Below are positions 24,303 to 35,700 of a DNA stretch of 47,519 nt, one piece after another; position 1 is the first letter of the stretch, and every line of letters begins with the position of its first letter. The translations under genes were made by a program, and so were the position numbers. The stretch is from a virus. Lineage: Duplodnaviria; Caudoviricetes. Under the pieces are notes generated by a model. It saw only the letters and a list, made by a program, of their open reading frames with translations, did not search any database and was not told the origin of the DNA. The DNA lies in IMG/VR virus record IMGVR_UViG_3300032234_000260, positions 1 to 47,519 of that record. One strand, 5' to 3'.

Positions 24303-24474
24303 AAAGAAAAAAGAAATGACCATTGAAGAATGGTACGAGATTGGCAGAATTAACAACTGGTGCAGTGAAGTAGTGTGCTACTCGCATGACCCAATCGATC
24401 TTACAGAGGAAGAACAAGATGCATTTGACGAAGGATTTGACGATTGCATACCAATAGTTCGCCTGTGGGCGTAA
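24295..24474 (+). CDS. Hypothetical protein
   Basis: EEW...G...W...VC..HD....T.EE..........C..IVRL pattern. Confidence 0.55.
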   Translation: MFKKKKEMTIEEWYEIGRINNWCSEVVCYSHDPIDLTEEEQDAFDEGFDDCIPIVRLWA

Positions 24475-24914
24475 GCAACATACTTTCAATTGATCCGGGT
24501 GGAACTACTGGTATCGCTATCGTTTCTTTTTCCGACGATTTGGAGCCAGTGGTTTCCCATTACGAGCAGGTGCCAAATGGTTTAGCTGGTTTTATAGGGT
24601 GGTATAAAAACAATGAGCACCTTACTTGGGATGTAATTGTGTGCGAAAACTTCACGCTTAGGCAGAATGTAAAGTTTCCAGATCTTTCACCTGTGTACAT
24701 TATCGGAGCCTTAGAGGCTTTTGAGTCGCCTAGAGAGATAATCTACCAATCACCTTCTCAAAAGCACTTGTGCGACGATAAAAGGCTGAAAACCATGAAA
24801 ATGCACAAACCGGGCAATGGGCACGCAAATGATGCAATTAGACACGCTATAATATATCTTAGGAATAAAAAACACATGCCAACGCTTATGCTTGGCTGGA
24901 AACCAGAAGAGTAG
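24465..24914 (+). CDS. RuvC-like Holliday junction resolvase
   Basis: ILSIDPGGTTGIA, IVCENF and HANDAIRH. Start is uncertain. Confidence 0.8.
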   Translation: MGVSNILSIDPGGTTGIAIVSFSDDLEPVVSHYEQVPNGLAGFIGWYKNNEHLTWDVIVCENFTLRQNVKFPDLSPVYIIGALEAFESPREIIYQSPSQKHLCDDKRLKTMKMHKPGNGHANDAIRHAIIYLRNKKHMPTLMLGWKPEE

Positions 24915-24921
24915 GTAAGTA

Positions 24922-25587
24922 ATGGATAGAGAACTTTATTCGCAAATAAGCGGAGATGAGAAGGCTTTAGCTGATGCAATGCTGTCTATTGTTGAGCAAT
25001 ACGGCAAATTTGAATCAGAAGGTAGCACAGTTAATGCTGGCTACGATAGTGCAGAAAACAACCCTAATCTAGCGATTGGCGTTAAGTGTGGCAACTGCGT
25101 GTTCCACATGGGCGAGGGTGCTGAGATTCAGTGTAGCGCTGTGGCTGTTGATATTGAGGAAAATGGTGCATGTAGATTTGCACTTATTCCACCAGGCTTA
25201 GTTAATGTTGGCGAGGCTTTGGATGTCACAATCAAACAGTCTAGCCAAGTTGTTGTAGAAGAGGCTGAAAAATATAGCCCACCACAGGGTGTCCAGAATG
25301 CCGCTAAGAGAGCTTTAAAGTGGATCTCTGACGGTAAGGCTGGCGACGGGTTTACATCAGTTGGTAGAAGGCGTGCAAGCCAGCTAGCATCTGGTGCTTC
25401 AGTCAGTCGCGACACAGTTGCTCGCATGAAGTCATACTTTGCTAGACACACAGTTGACAAGAAGGCTACTGGATTTAACTCTGGCGAAGAAGGCTATCCG
25501 TCTCCGGGTCGCGTGGCTTGGGATGCATGGGGTGGTACAGCTGGTCAGGCTTGGGTTAACAGGATTAATTTAGAAGATAAAAAATAG
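24922..25587 (+). CDS. Two-domain hypothetical protein (4-Cys domain plus conserved Gly/Trp-rich domain)
   Basis: CGNC..C..C, then PPQGV..AAKRAL.W, RMKSYFARH and GYPSPGRVAWDAWGG. Confidence 0.6.
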   Translation: MDRELYSQISGDEKALADAMLSIVEQYGKFESEGSTVNAGYDSAENNPNLAIGVKCGNCVFHMGEGAEIQCSAVAVDIEENGACRFALIPPGLVNVGEALDVTIKQSSQVVVEEAEKYSPPQGVQNAAKRALKWISDGKAGDGFTSVGRRRASQLASGASVSRDTVARMKSYFARHTVDKKATGFNSGEEGYPSPGRVAWDAWGGTAGQAWVNRINLEDKK

Positions 25588-25595
25588 GGGTTAAA

Positions 25596-26894
25596 ATGGG
25601 CAAATGTAAACTTTGCAACTTACTTCCAAATGCAGAGCTTGAGTTAATGCTTGCAACTAAGTCAAGTAGGCACATTGCAAGCAAGTTCGATGTTGGCAGG
25701 ACAACTGTCAATAAGCATCGCAATGAGTGCATGAAACCGAACGCGGATAAAGAGTTTTGGGAGGAACTTCAGAGCATTAACTGGAGTGGCAACACCGGAG
25801 TTTGGAACACTGGCAACATAGACACTGTGCTAGATAATGTGTCACACGACACTATCTTAGAAAAGTTTGGTCACGACCCTAAAAAGGTTGCAATCAAAGG
25901 CATACTCCGAGAGTCTCACAAAGAATACTGGAGTAGGGATCTAGAGAAGATGCTCTGGAAACACAGTTACTCTTTCTCTGTTGAGAGGCGCGTAGAGGGC
26001 CTTACAGATGAAATTGATGTAGTAGCCTTGCTAAATGCATTACCAAAGACCACAGCCACTTCTAAGCCCGGAAAGGGCGTTCCTAGCACATTTGTGCTGG
26101 ACTGGGCTGATTGGCAGATGGGTAAGAAAGAGGGCGGTGGAACCGAGGCTCTTATTGAGCGCCTAGAGTCTGCTTTTGCCTCAGCTATTGTGCGAATCGA
26201 AGAGCTAAGAGCCACAGGGCGCAGGCTGGAAGAGCTAGTCATTGTGGGTGGTGGCGACATGATTGAAGGTTGTGTAATCTATCCTCAGCAGGCTTTTGGA
26301 ATTGACCTAAACCGCAGAGAGCAAATTCGCAACACAGTTGCGGCAATCTTGCGTGGCTTAACTTTGCTAGCCCCACTATTTGAAACAGTAAGGGTTGTGG
26401 TTGTTCCGGGAAATCATGGCGAGCACCGCATTACTGGAAACCGCACAGAGATTGGCGACAACGACGACTTACTAGTATTTGAGATGGCTCAGGTCGGTTG
26501 TGCTAATGACCCTAGATTTAAGCATGTGTCATTTGAGATAGCCAGCAAGGAAATCTCAGTTGCCACAAATATTCGAGGATGGGTGTATGGAATTACCCAT
26601 GGAGATGTTTATGGTAGAGGGTCTGGCACAGGGGTTAGAAACAAGGTGTTTAACTGGTTTAAGACTATGGCTGCAAACCGCCACCCAGTAGGAGCATCAG
26701 ATGTGCTACTTACTCATCATTTTCACCACGACGCAATGGAAGATTGGGGCAACACACTATGGGTTCAGAATCCAACGATAGACGGAGGAAGCCACTATTT
26801 CAAAGAATATTCGGGACACGAAACACGTCCGGGTATGAACAGTTGGGTGGTTACCGAATCGGAAAGACTTCAAGACAAACAGATCCTGAGATAA
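25596..26894 (+). CDS. Calcineurin-like metallophosphoesterase with N-terminal HTH/Zn region
   Basis: ADWQ, GGDMIEG, PGNHGE, THGD and HHFHH. Confidence 0.85.
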   Translation: MGKCKLCNLLPNAELELMLATKSSRHIASKFDVGRTTVNKHRNECMKPNADKEFWEELQSINWSGNTGVWNTGNIDTVLDNVSHDTILEKFGHDPKKVAIKGILRESHKEYWSRDLEKMLWKHSYSFSVERRVEGLTDEIDVVALLNALPKTTATSKPGKGVPSTFVLDWADWQMGKKEGGGTEALIERLESAFASAIVRIEELRATGRRLEELVIVGGGDMIEGCVIYPQQAFGIDLNRREQIRNTVAAILRGLTLLAPLFETVRVVVVPGNHGEHRITGNRTEIGDNDDLLVFEMAQVGCANDPRFKHVSFEIASKEISVATNIRGWVYGITHGDVYGRGSGTGVRNKVFNWFKTMAANRHPVGASDVLLTHHFHHDAMEDWGNTLWVQNPTIDGGSHYFKEYSGHETRPGMNSWVVTESERLQDKQILR

Positions 26895-27079
26895 CTTATC
26901 TAAAACATATAGAGATTGACCACAATGCTGGTGAGATATCGATAACATTCTTGCTTTGCAAGTGCTCTAGAAAGTTAATAGAGGGAGTTGGCGATAGCTT
27001 CTACTGTGATCATTGTGATAGGCCTTGTTATGCAAAGCCTTGCGAATATTGCGAAAGACTGTTCGAGGTAATTGAATAA
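26890..27079 (+). CDS. Small Cys-rich hypothetical protein (start uncertain)
   Basis: CKC...CDHC..C...CEYC in the last open frame before the terminator. Confidence 0.4.
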
Positions 27080-27082
27080 AAG

Positions 27083-27112
27083 AAAACCCCCGGTTTAATC
27101 GCTGGGGGTTTT
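27083..27112. terminator. Bidirectional terminator between the convergent genome arms
   Basis: AAAACCCCCGG...CTGGGGGTTTT. Confidence 0.85.
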
Positions 27113-27131
27113 GCCTTGTCGGGTGTATAGC

Positions 27132-27374
27132 TTATGGCAGAAGCGTTGAAGCTATCGATACGAGTACAGCCGCAATTGAAATCCACAGGGCAATAGAACT
27201 AGCCTTATTTGCTCTCTGTGTTTTTAGTTCTTTAACATCAAGTTCAATCTCGTTAATACGAGCATCTTGTGCGTCTAGCTTCTTTTCCATGCGTTCTTGT
27301 GATTCTCTAACGAATCTCATCCCCTCTTCAAGTCGCCCTAAAGATACATACAATTCTGGCTGTTGTTCGGACAT
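27132..27374 (-). CDS. Lysis-cassette membrane protein (coiled coil plus C-terminal TM)
   Basis: Downstream of the holin, single C-terminal hydrophobic helix. Confidence 0.6.
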   Translation of the reverse strand: MSEQQPELYVSLGRLEEGMRFVRESQERMEKKLDAQDARINEIELDVKELKTQRANKASSIALWISIAAVLVSIASTLLP

Positions 27375-27652
27375 TACTTTTGGGAGTCCTCTACATGCTT
27401 TTGCACAGCGTCTTTGGTTGCCTTCTCGACATCTTCAGTAGTTACTGTTCCTGTTACTGCGATAGCATAACCAACTGCACCAACAATACCAAGCATAAGC
27501 GTTACCCATGCGATTAGAATACCTGTTAGCGGGTTGCCTGTGATTACAGCACCAGAACCAGCAGCCCCACCGAGAATAAATAGGAATACACCAAATCCAC
27601 GCCAGACTAAAGTTCCAACAATGCTTAATACTTCTCTAATGCGTTCTTGCAT
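27374..27652 (-). CDS. Probable holin
   Basis: Two TM helices and a charged C-terminus, next to the endolysin. Confidence 0.65.
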   Translation of the reverse strand: MQERIREVLSIVGTLVWRGFGVFLFILGGAAGSGAVITGNPLTGILIAWVTLMLGIVGAVGYAIAVTGTVTTEDVEKATKDAVQKHVEDSQK

Positions 27653-27693
27653 TTTATACCAATCTCGCCCACTACTTATTTATCTATTATACC

Positions 27694-28275
27694 TTATTGA
27701 GCTTTTGGTGCTGAAGATGAACCGCTAGAAGATACACTGTGAGCAGGCATTTCATGAGCTGGTTCGCTTTCAGGAGTTGCGGCCTTAGCTTTCTTTGCTA
27801 ATGCTTCGCCTTCTTTTGCATGCTTAATGAATTCAAGTGGAGAATAGAAGCTTGATCCGTCATTGCTCCAGCGGTAAGTCTTGCCTTTGCAAATCTCAAA
27901 ATGTAGGTGCTCACCAGTTGAATCACCTGTTGTGCCTTGGCGACCCAGAGGTGTTCCAGCTTCGATCTTTTGACCAACCTTTACCTGAATGCTGTCTTTT
28001 CTCAAGTGTGCGTAAAGGCTAGTAACATACTCGCCATTGATTAGGTGGCGCATGATTACGTGGAATCCAAACCCACCAACAGAACCGTCTGGCTTTCTTA
28101 GCTTGCTAGGTCCAGCGTGAATTACACGACCCGGAGCAAAAGCTTCAACCCAGCTACCAGCAGGAGCAACAAGGTCTACGCCATTGTGGTGCTTTTTGGT
28201 CTTCTGTGTAGGGTGAACTCTCCAGCCATAAGGGCTAGTGATTTGTGGAAGTTTATCAAAAGGGTATTGAATCAT
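27694..28275 (-). CDS. Endolysin, M23 peptidase
   Basis: ITSPYGWRVHP, HNGVD, YAHL and TGDSTGEHLHFEI. Confidence 0.92.
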   Translation of the reverse strand: MIQYPFDKLPQITSPYGWRVHPTQKTKKHHNGVDLVAPAGSWVEAFAPGRVIHAGPSKLRKPDGSVGGFGFHVIMRHLINGEYVTSLYAHLRKDSIQVKVGQKIEAGTPLGRQGTTGDSTGEHLHFEICKGKTYRWSNDGSSFYSPLEFIKHAKEGEALAKKAKAATPESEPAHEMPAHSVSSSGSSSAPKAQ

Positions 28276-28427
28276 TTTTGCTCCTCAGCAATATCTAGTT
28301 TAAATTGTTTGTAGTTAGGGTTTGAATCGATTGCTGGAAAAGTCAAATACTCCCCATTGCCTTTATCAATCAAAATGTGTTCCTCTGGGCCGTCAATGCC
28401 CTCAAGTTCAATTATCTCATACTTCAT
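28272..28427 (-). CDS. Small fibre-associated protein (51 aa, not in ORF track)
   Basis: MKYEIIELEGIDGPEEHILIDKGNGEYLTFPAIDSNPNYKQF..., coupled to both neighbours. Confidence 0.6.
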   Translation of the reverse strand: MKYEIIELEGIDGPEEHILIDKGNGEYLTFPAIDSNPNYKQFKLDIAEEQK

Positions 28428-29638
28428 TATAACTCCGCACTAAATCCAAGAAAACCTGTTCCAGCAGTTCCAGCAAAACGAGCCATGCATCCACCACCAG
28501 AAGTAAGACCTGACGCAACTGCAATAACAATACGAGAGCCATCAGCTGTAGATTCACCAAGAGTGACTGATGAGGCTGCGGTTGTAGTTGTCGATACTGC
28601 AGTAAAAGTTGTTGCCGCTGCTGAAATTTCTATAGCAGCAGGCGCACTTCTCATAGTCATTGGGAACTTTACATTTATCCAGCCAGTTGTTGTGGATATT
28701 GCCACACCAGCACCAATAACTCCAGTAGCGGCCAATGCATTTGTTGCCCTATAATAGTACCTTTGGCACAAAGCAAGCTCGCCACCAATTGTTTCAGACG
28801 CAGTGGCAAAAGGAGTTGCAATTGAACCCTGTTCGACTTGCACGCCCCAAAGATCGAGTGTGTAGATTGAGTTAAATGTGTTTGGAACAATTGCGAATAT
28901 CAAAGCAGAGTTAGTGTCTACTATTGTCTTGCCAGTAACGCTAGGCACAGTTAAGGTTTGTGTAAACCTAGTCCAAGATGTTGTTACTGAAATTGATGAG
29001 CCAGTAACTACAGTATCCGCTGATCCTCCAGTGCCAAAAAATTGAGTTAATCTTGGTGTGAAGTTTAGGGTTGAGCTAGTTGTTTTAGCCCAAAAGCTAA
29101 TTGTCACAGTGCTACCTGCGCATGTTCTTACGTCTTCAATCGGTTGTTCGACTGCTTCGTAAGTAAATCCGCTACCGCCGGTGCTTACTGCAACCCTAAG
29201 AAACGACCTAGATTCGTATCCAGCTACTGGAGCAGTGCCCGGAGTGAAATTTTCCCTAGACTGAGATAAGACTTTAGCAGATCCACCAGTAGCTGTATAA
29301 CGCCATCTATCTGCCCAATAACCCGGAGCGGTAGTGCTGTTAGAAGTTGTAGTTCTTTGCCATACGTCAAAAGCCCCGTTAATAATAGCATTCTTCCCAG
29401 CAACAAAGTGGCTTGAAAGCGGCACAACACCCAAAGCTGCCTGAGCAGTTGCTTGAGTTGTTCCACCAGTACCACCCCTAGCAATAGGAAGTGTTCCTGC
29501 TGTGATGTCAGTACCTGCGTTGATTGCGCCCAGTGCTGTGTTTGTAGTGTTTGCCATTGTAGCAAAAACTGTTTCTAAAGGAGTTATTGAATCTCCTGAT
29601 GTTGGGAATGTTATACCCCTTGATGTATTAGCTGCCAT
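28427..29638 (-). CDS. Tail fibre / receptor-binding protein with carbohydrate-binding-like domain
   Basis: GTLPIARGGTG, KNAIINGAFDVWQR, ADRW, GVQVEQGSIATPF and ELALCQRYY. Confidence 0.8.
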   Translation of the reverse strand: MAANTSRGITFPTSGDSITPLETVFATMANTTNTALGAINAGTDITAGTLPIARGGTGGTTQATAQAALGVVPLSSHFVAGKNAIINGAFDVWQRTTTSNSTTAPGYWADRWRYTATGGSAKVLSQSRENFTPGTAPVAGYESRSFLRVAVSTGGSGFTYEAVEQPIEDVRTCAGSTVTISFWAKTTSSTLNFTPRLTQFFGTGGSADTVVTGSSISVTTSWTRFTQTLTVPSVTGKTIVDTNSALIFAIVPNTFNSIYTLDLWGVQVEQGSIATPFATASETIGGELALCQRYYYRATNALAATGVIGAGVAISTTTGWINVKFPMTMRSAPAAIEISAAATTFTAVSTTTTAASSVTLGESTADGSRIVIAVASGLTSGGGCMARFAGTAGTGFLGFSAEL

Positions 29639-29652
29639 AATATAATTATACC

Positions 29653-30288
29653 TTACTGTAGAACTGTTACGATTAGGTTGTCTCCAGATGTGCTTAGCAT
29701 CATCGAACCACCGGAAGCCGGGGTGGATGAGTATTGCATTGTTACGGAGATTTTGTAATCGCCTGCCGGGACGGAAATCAATTTAGTCATACCTATTGAA
29801 TCGTAATCATGTATAACATCGTTAATAGTAGTTACCTGCTTTAGCTTCCTCATTGGTTGTGAATCAACTAAAACACCATTTACGAAAATTCTCGAATCAA
29901 AACCATATGATGTTGCCTGTGTGTTTGTTGAGGTTGTCGATTCAACTCTGTAAAAAGTTGAATAGTTTATCAAAAGCTTTCTAGGCCTTCTTAGGCTGAT
30001 GTTTATGTCTAGGGCGCTAGTGTTTGAGTTAAAAGTATTGTTCACACCAGAGGTAAAAGTTACTCTTTGCTCTTGAGATGAATCGAGCTCGGTTGAGTAA
30101 GTTACCAGCTCTGATTTATCCAGCAATAAGCTAGATAAATTTTTTATGTTAGAGTTATTAGCCGCATCTTGACCTGCAATATTTGTGCGGCTAATCGCAG
30201 CACTTTGATTTAAATCTGCTAGCTGTTTTTCAACCTCTCTAGCCCATTGCTGAGAACCGGACGGTAGATTGTTATTAGGTAAAGGCAC
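29653..30288 (-). CDS. Minor tail protein
   Basis: In the tail-tip module. N-terminal helix followed by a beta-rich domain. Confidence 0.7.
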   Translation of the reverse strand: MPLPNNNLPSGSQQWAREVEKQLADLNQSAAISRTNIAGQDAANNSNIKNLSSLLLDKSELVTYSTELDSSQEQRVTFTSGVNNTFNSNTSALDINISLRRPRKLLINYSTFYRVESTTSTNTQATSYGFDSRIFVNGVLVDSQPMRKLKQVTTINDVIHDYDSIGMTKLISVPAGDYKISVTMQYSSTPASGGSMMLSTSGDNLIVTVLQ

Positions 30289-31853
30289 TATACTCCAATC
30301 GTAAGAGGGATAATAGAAAAGTCTGTAAAATTGGCTGATGGGGATGGTAGCACAGTGTTAAACTGAGCAAAAGTTTTGCCCGAGTTAACAGTGTTAAAGT
30401 TAGAGAATGTTGTCATTGACTTGGCATCCCAGCTAATTTCTCTTTCATTGAAAGATACAGAATTTAGCCTAAATCTATTTGAGTTTGCATTAAAGGATCT
30501 TCCAATGCTTGATCCAAATGTAAAGCCAGATGCAGAAGACCCACTCATAGTTACTGCAGGTCCGCACATAGCTTGAGCAGCACTAAGCCCGGCATTAGCT
30601 AAAGTAAAGTTGTCGGTGATAAAAATGTTGTCAACTTCTGGGGCTTCAGGCTTTGTTGTAACGCTAGGATTTGCTCCAGTAGGAAAAGTGTGTTTTGTTT
30701 TCCTGTAGAACACACCAGAGCCAACGATAAAAATTGCAGGATAATCAAAACCAGATCCAGCGCTCTCAACACCAATTCTGTAAGGTGCCAAACCTGTGCC
30801 GTTACCATTTTCTTTTGGTAGTTCTGTGGCATTAGGCGCAGTTATGGTTATCTTGATTTCATTTGGGTTCTCAGTCAATGCCACAACTAAGCTACCACCC
30901 TGTGCAATCCACTGAGAAGGTCTAATTGGTAGATCATCAGAACCGACAATAACATACTGTCCGTTACCTGTTGTTAGGGGGTCGTATGGGATTGGAGAAA
31001 TCTTTGCAACACAATCAGGTTGCTTTACGCTAGTTAAGCTTGCGTCTATTGTAAAAACTTCAGTAACAGTTTCTCCCGCGTTAACTTGGATAGTTCTGTT
31101 AAGGCTTGAAAGGAATTGTTTTTTAGAAGTGTTCGCCGTCTCTTCGTAAAATGATAAATCATAAACAATAGAGTTAGTCTTGTTTACAGTGTTGTAAGAG
31201 TGAACATTTACTGTTTGAGCGGCATCAAAGATTTCAATTGATTCGTTTTGGTCAGAAACAAAAGGCTCGATGTTAATTGAGTTAGTCAATGCAGGTCTAA
31301 ATCCAACGGCTGTGCCTGTAAAGTAAATTTCAATTGGTGATCTGTCAGTTGTGTTAAGTGTCATTACAGAGCACAGTTGCTTTAGGTGGTCCCAAACATT
31401 TCCGGTCCAACCGATAAAGTTTACAGATCTACCTAAGAACGAGATGTCAATAACTCTGCTAGCGCCAGTGATTCCACAAAGACTGCAGTAGTAATCTATA
31501 GCAGCAGCAAGCGTGCCAGAAAATGGTTGAGCAGTTTTTATAACATTTAGTTTTGCCTGAATTGAGTCGCCAATAATGCTGGCAACCCCAGCTGCATTTG
31601 TTGAAACCTTTTTAACGTCAAATTGCACAGTGCCATAGTCGTCATCTTGAATACTTACAGTATTGTTAACCATTAGCTTTGTGTTTACAAGCCCAGCATC
31701 TGCAGTTTCTTCTATTGCGGAAAAACTAACTTGGCTAGTTCCACCATCGCTAGATGTTGGTTCTAATGGTGTGGCATCCTCAGAGTAAGAGAAGGAGATG
31801 AGTGAATCATCTTTTATCTTACCCGGAATGCTGTTTATTAATCTAGTAGCCAT
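30288..31853 (-). CDS. Minor tail protein (hub/tail tip)
   Basis: 521 aa, second gene after the tape measure. Confidence 0.7.
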   Translation of the reverse strand: MATRLINSIPGKIKDDSLISFSYSEDATPLEPTSSDGGTSQVSFSAIEETADAGLVNTKLMVNNTVSIQDDDYGTVQFDVKKVSTNAAGVASIIGDSIQAKLNVIKTAQPFSGTLAAAIDYYCSLCGITGASRVIDISFLGRSVNFIGWTGNVWDHLKQLCSVMTLNTTDRSPIEIYFTGTAVGFRPALTNSINIEPFVSDQNESIEIFDAAQTVNVHSYNTVNKTNSIVYDLSFYEETANTSKKQFLSSLNRTIQVNAGETVTEVFTIDASLTSVKQPDCVAKISPIPYDPLTTGNGQYVIVGSDDLPIRPSQWIAQGGSLVVALTENPNEIKITITAPNATELPKENGNGTGLAPYRIGVESAGSGFDYPAIFIVGSGVFYRKTKHTFPTGANPSVTTKPEAPEVDNIFITDNFTLANAGLSAAQAMCGPAVTMSGSSASGFTFGSSIGRSFNANSNRFRLNSVSFNEREISWDAKSMTTFSNFNTVNSGKTFAQFNTVLPSPSANFTDFSIIPLTIGV

Positions 31854-32740
31854 TAATCAACCTCAGTAAGTGTTGTTGACAAACCTATCTGACCATTATT
31901 AATGTTTGCGCTATAGTATTCAATTTCTACAGGTGAGCTAAACTGCAGTGCGGTTGTTCCTCTACCGGAGATAAAACCACCGGTAGCTACGCTGGTTCCA
32001 GTAGGTAGGACTTGAGCAATGATTGCTGAAATCAAAACGCTTGATGAGCTCGCGCTACCATTTGCAAGATATATTTCAACTCTAGAAGTTGTTGCGCCAT
32101 TGAAGGTTTGGTTAGTTCTAGTGGTTCCACCTGTGAGCAAGCTAACAGGGTTTACAGCTGACTGTGGCGATCCACTGATGTTGTATCCAGACATTCTTAT
32201 TCCAGCTGCTGAGGACGCTGTTATGCCAGCTGCTGATGCATGCCAACCAATGTGCAGGGTGTGAGTTGATGGAATTATGATTGTTAGTCTACGAGTGTCG
32301 ACATGGTTAGCTGGGAGCGAGTAGTTTGCAAGTTTTGAGGGAAAGCCGTTTGCCGGGCTAAGGCTGTTAAAAGTAGGAGTAATAGTGCCAGAGATAGCAG
32401 GCCAGCCCTGTTCTGCCATGGATGGGCTACCCCAGTGCACAGGCATAAGGTTTTGGTTCATGGCATAAGGGTCAAGCCAGTAAACACTGCCTGCTCCGTA
32501 AAATCCATCAGCAAAATCTTTTATGGTGTTAAGGCTGTCTGCGAGCACAGTTGAGTTCATTGGGCCAACCCAAGATGCGGAGAATGCTCTGCTTGCACCA
32601 TTAGAACGCTTAACAAAAGAACGACCATTAAGCAAGTTAGTTGTTGCAGAGTAACCAGAAGAACTAGCCTTTAATCCACTTAGTGGTGCTTCAATAAAAG
32701 TTTGAAAGTTTGCGTTTCCAAAATAAACTTTACCAGCCAT
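31853..32740 (-). CDS. Minor tail protein (distal tail-like)
   Basis: First gene after the tape measure, with YWLDPYA motif. Confidence 0.7.
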   Translation of the reverse strand: MAGKVYFGNANFQTFIEAPLSGLKASSSGYSATTNLLNGRSFVKRSNGASRAFSASWVGPMNSTVLADSLNTIKDFADGFYGAGSVYWLDPYAMNQNLMPVHWGSPSMAEQGWPAISGTITPTFNSLSPANGFPSKLANYSLPANHVDTRRLTIIIPSTHTLHIGWHASAAGITASSAAGIRMSGYNISGSPQSAVNPVSLLTGGTTRTNQTFNGATTSRVEIYLANGSASSSSVLISAIIAQVLPTGTSVATGGFISGRGTTALQFSSPVEIEYYSANINNGQIGLSTTLTEVD

Positions 32741-35700
32741 TAGTTTGTACCTCTCTGAGCTAATAGAACGTTTCCAGCGTTTGCGGATTGGGCAATCTTA
32801 GTGTTTTCAGTGTAAAGATTAACTGGTCTATCTAATGCTGAGCGAAGCAGCGCCCTATCCTCTGGAGACAAGTATACCATCTGGCTGTCGTTTCCAGAAT
32901 TGTTCAGACCAGCTCGAGTAGCAGACGGTGTGTATCCAACGCGCTGTTGGTTTAGCGAGTTCATGAAATCAAGTCCGCCATCTGTTCTTGTGCGCGACAG
33001 GATTCCGGTTCCCTGACTTACAGGCTTGACATCAATTACAATTGCACCTTTAATCTTGCTTAGGCTGCCATTTGCCTGAGCAACAAAGCTTCTAATAGCA
33101 TCCAAAGCTGGTTGATCTACAAGCTTTAGGGTTATGTCACGTGGCTTGTAGGTAACAATCGTAAGCATGTCATCGAATTTCTTTGCATACCTATCAAGTT
33201 CCTCTGCACTGAAACCAATTGCAGTAGCATTGTCCATAAACTCTTGCTTTAGGACAGCAATGCTCTTTTTAGCTTCAGTGGAGCTTTTTGATGTTGCTAG
33301 GATTTGCTCAATGTAAGGGTCGTAGTTTTGAAGCATACTAAGAATCTGTGAGCGGTTTTCAATTGCTGTAACGCTGTCACCGACAAGAGTCTTGTTTAGA
33401 GCTTTGTTCTGCTCGTTGATTTGTGCCTGAGCGTCAGCAATTTCATTATCCTTCTGAGCAATTTCTGCGCGAAGCTTATCTGCACGAACAGTGTCGCCGT
33501 AGCGTACAGCAACATCAAGCTGTGTTTGAAGGATGCCCCTGTCGGCAGACATTTGCTGTATGCTAACAAGTATGTCATCAATTGCTTTTCTAGCGTCATC
33601 GACACTCTTTCTCATGTCAAGCCACTGCTTGTTAATGTTGTCTAACGCTTGTGTGCGACCAAATCTGTTTTGGAACGCTTCACCAAATATGCCCGCTACT
33701 TCAGATGCCCATTGACGGGTTGTCTTAACTGTTCTTTCAAGACTTTCATTAGCACCATCTGCAGCTTCCGAAATTCCTAAGATACTATTAATAATGTCTT
33801 GGAATGCAGACTGACCAGTTGCAGCGCTTATTGCTGAACCAATACCCTTTAAAACAGCTCTAAATTTTTCCAATTGAGCTATTTGAGCGTCAACTCTTTT
33901 GCGTTCTCCGCTAGGCATAAGCGCCTTACCGTAAACTTCTGAACTAGTCGAAGTCTCGCTAAGTTCTTCTCTGAACAGCCTTGTGCTTTTTGTTTTTAAA
34001 TCACTAATCGCTTTGTCAACTCCGGCTAGTGGATTTTTAATTTTTGGGTTCATCATATTTTCTATAACTCCCCTAAAATCAATTCCTTGACTCTTAAGAT
34101 CTTTAATAATAGTTGGGTATTGATCAAACATTTCTTTTACTTTAGAGTTTGCAGCAAGAGAGTTTGCAATCCAAGCTTTGGCGTTTTCACCCAATGCCAT
34201 AGTCTGAGTTTTAACTTCGCTAGTCAAAGATGCTGTCTGGCTATTCATTTCAACTGTAGTACCAGTGGCTTCCTGAACGGCAGCAGCATTTTTATTTAAA
34301 GTTGCTGAATATTCATCATACTTAACTTTAACCAAACCAATGGCTTTACCGCTCTTGTTATACTCAACAGTATCTTTTGCAATTGCATCACGCAGTGAAG
34401 CTAAGCCACCACCAGATTCAAGTAGATCAATTTTGTTGGCCGCCTCAGCAGCTGCATTCATTGACACCACAATTCCAGTAATTGTAGTTGCAACAGTCAG
34501 GGCAATACCAGCCCAGCTAGCTATGCTCAAAAGTTTAGACCCAATACCACCAAGAACACCAGCAGCACCAACCGCACCAGCCCTAGTTTCAAGATCAATT
34601 GCTTTACTGTTTGCCATTCTGGCTGCAGCTTCTTCGTATTTTTGTTTAGTGATAACACCACTAGAAGCATAACCTCTAGCATTGAGAACCTCTTCTTGGG
34701 TTAAGGCTCTGATTTTTCCATCGATAGCAATAACATTTATTTGACGAGCTCTCGCTTCGTTCATAATTGCCGCGCCGTTTTCTGCGCTGATTGTGCCCGA
34801 CTGAACCTTTTTAGAAATCTCAGCATCAAGTGCGTTTATTTCAAGAGCGCGAGCACGAACAATTTGATTAATTGAATCAGCCTCCATACGAGCAAACATT
34901 AATTGCTCAGAAGCCGTTACATTACTTTCCTTGCGAACCGCAGTTAAAGTACCTTCAGAAACTGCAATAGCATCAATTTGCCTGCGAAGCTCTTGACCAG
35001 TGGCGCGATATATTTTGCTTTCTTTTTGAAGGTAAGATCCTCTATCTTCTTTTGTTGTAGTGATGCCATAGGCAATAGGTTGTATTTGTCCACGTGCCGC
35101 TGCATTAGGAGACTGCAGTTGATCACGCATTTCAATTAACTCTGTATTGTAGTTAAGTAGCGCGCGTATCTGTTTTCCAAAACCAGTCACTGCAGTAGGG
35201 TCATTTGCTGTGTTAACCATAGCAACCCTAAACGCATAAATTTGAGCTGTAATCTTTGTCATTACCGCAATAAAGCCAGCACCAACACCGCCAAAAGCAA
35301 CTATTCCTGTGGAAAGTGATGCAAGTGTTTGCATGATTTCATTTCCAGCAAGAACCTTAAGCCCGTTCATTAAATCAGTTAAAACACCAAGCACGCTCTT
35401 AAATGAACCTGCAAGGTTTTTTCCAACCTCGGCACCAAATGATTGCAAACTATTTTGAAAGAGTTTAATCTTTGCATCAACTGTTTCGGAGCTCTTAGCA
35501 AATGCTTGCTGCAAGAAGATGTTTGACTTAAAAGCTTTAGTAGCATCAGACATTGTGCTGTCTACTACATCCAAGTTTTTAGACAAACGAGTTAGAGTGT
35601 TAATCTCTCTAGTTTCAACAATATTTAGCTCATCAAATACCTTTGTTAGGTCTTTACCGGAATCGTTAATTCCCTGCAAGATTCCACGAATAAGCTCATA

